Below, piece after piece: positions 62,430-64,000 of a stretch of 64,000 bases of DNA. This DNA is from Antedon mediterranea (taxonomy: Eukaryota; Animalia; Echinodermata). The translations under genes and the position numbers were made by a program. Below the pieces are notes generated by a model. That model searched no databases. It was not told the origin of the DNA and saw only the letters and a list, made by a program, of their open reading frames with translations. The stretch's first letter is position 1, and every line of letters starts with the position of its first letter. Location: positions 12,944,795-13,008,794 of the forward strand of contig NC_092670.1 in the NCBI RefSeq assembly GCF_964355755.1, given 5' to 3'.

Positions 62430-64000
62430 CACCCAGACCAACGATTCGGGTTTTACGATATTGTCCCTATGTATTTATGTATCACGGTCACCGTCGTATA
62501 TTCAACAGCATTTCACGTTATCCATTCCAAATACACAAAATACTCAATTGATTATTAAAGCAATTGTACTACAATATAATAAACGCATTTAAAACAATTT
62601 ATTCAACAAAATGTTTATCCAGGATTTCACAATCAGGTAAAGAAAAACTTTTATTTTATCCCCATCCAAGTTAAAATCATCACTATGATATAATTATATT
62701 TTTTAAATAGTTTTTTTTATTAATACATTCAATTCAATTGCAATTTATTTTTATTTTTCTCTTTATCATGAAGATATAGCATTAGTGATAAATAACATAG
62801 ACAGAGGAAGAAGTATAACAAATAGATATTATAATCAAGGCTAACCGCGTGTAATTATAATAATATGGTAAAATATTTTTGTTTTTTCTGTTTGGTATGA
62901 ATAGCCATTGACATTCTAATAAAAATTACATTCATCTATAAATACTTTTTGATGGTTTGTGATTCATTTATGATCGGAAACATCTGTATTGATGTTTCTA
63001 TACGATACTTTCCACACATGAATATCAACAATAGGTCAATAAATACAAATAATATTACTATTTACAATTGAACTGTGTAACAACATTAAAAACAGCGTAA
63101 AAACTCGTATCAAAAACTCCATCAGAAAAGATAACTCAGTTGTGTGGGCGTAAACAAAAATAAAATTTAGCAATACTCAAAGAGACCAATATTTGCAATG
63201 AATCTTTTCGTACGTTAGGTTTTTAGACTCTACTGCTCACTACGGTTGGTCGGTCGGTCGGTAAACACTAACTCAAATTTGAGCACGCGACTGCAGCCAT
63301 GTATATGACATTGTTTTTGTTATTGATCCCTGCATAATAACAGCCTTCTGAGTCTGACAGAAGTGGAATGTTTTAAATCACACACATGGAAATGCAGACA
63401 AAAAATAGCTAAACTTAAAAGTCTATATGGATTAACACTGCAGTTTAAAACTAATAAGCATTTCAACAGTTGTTAAATGTAATGCATTTCAACTAGCCAA
63501 CTCCCATTCCACATTACTTCATAGTGAATCAGTTTTTATTTGGACGGACTTTGCAAAAATAAAAACATATATACTGTATATTCTAACACACGTTATGGAT
63601 AATTACATACATTTACTATAATTATTTTACATTTCACAAGCTTCTTTGGTCGTTTGTTTTTATACTGTAGTCAATGTATTATTTTACATATAAAGCATGT
63701 TTATGTGTTGGATGGTGAGAATATTTTAAAGATTTATAAATAATAATAAATAAATAAGAACACTACTCAACCCACACTTGCATTTGTTTCCCCTCGTTCT
63801 TTCATGAGAAAGTTTCCGCATAAAAGAGGTGTTCCAAAAGATGAGTTTTACAATTATTAGCGGTGATTAATTTAATATTGGTTAAAAAAGAAATGTGTTG
63901 GCACACACGGCGTGTCATACGCATAATAAGTAATAACACTAGAAATTTGATAATACTTTGTATTTGGTACCTCTGTTACAATGCAATGTCAGCTTTCCGA

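Overview
AT-rich, intron-containing animal genomic DNA, probably a marine invertebrate deuterostome (Deu/Nin-type SINE, Academ transposons; taxon is inference). The ORF track is mostly exon fragments and repeat artefacts, so genes were spliced by hand with phase checks. In order: 3' end of TM9SF1 (+); a 6-exon signal-peptide plus CULT (cereblon thalidomide-binding-like) gene (+); a divergent 8-exon SLCO/OATP transporter (-); two tandem genes encoding Macro-TIR-TIR-TIR proteins (-); two tandem 6-exon genes with a disordered motif-rich arm, ZU5, UPA-like and death-like domains (-). There are also two AcademX DNA transposons, a MULE-like element, Helentron/HINE-like elements, MITEs, SINEs, minisatellites and a minimal hammerhead motif. 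The main candidate system is the Macro-3xTIR pair. It fuses an ADP-ribose-binding-type fold to three TIRs, of which only the middle one keeps the catalytic Glu (Q/E/D in both paralogs), recalling the TIR-enzyme/Macro-sensor logic of type II Thoeris. One copy ends in a polybasic CaaX motif; the other is cut after TIR2 by an exonic Academ insertion. Domain calls come from motif recognition only; no searches were run.
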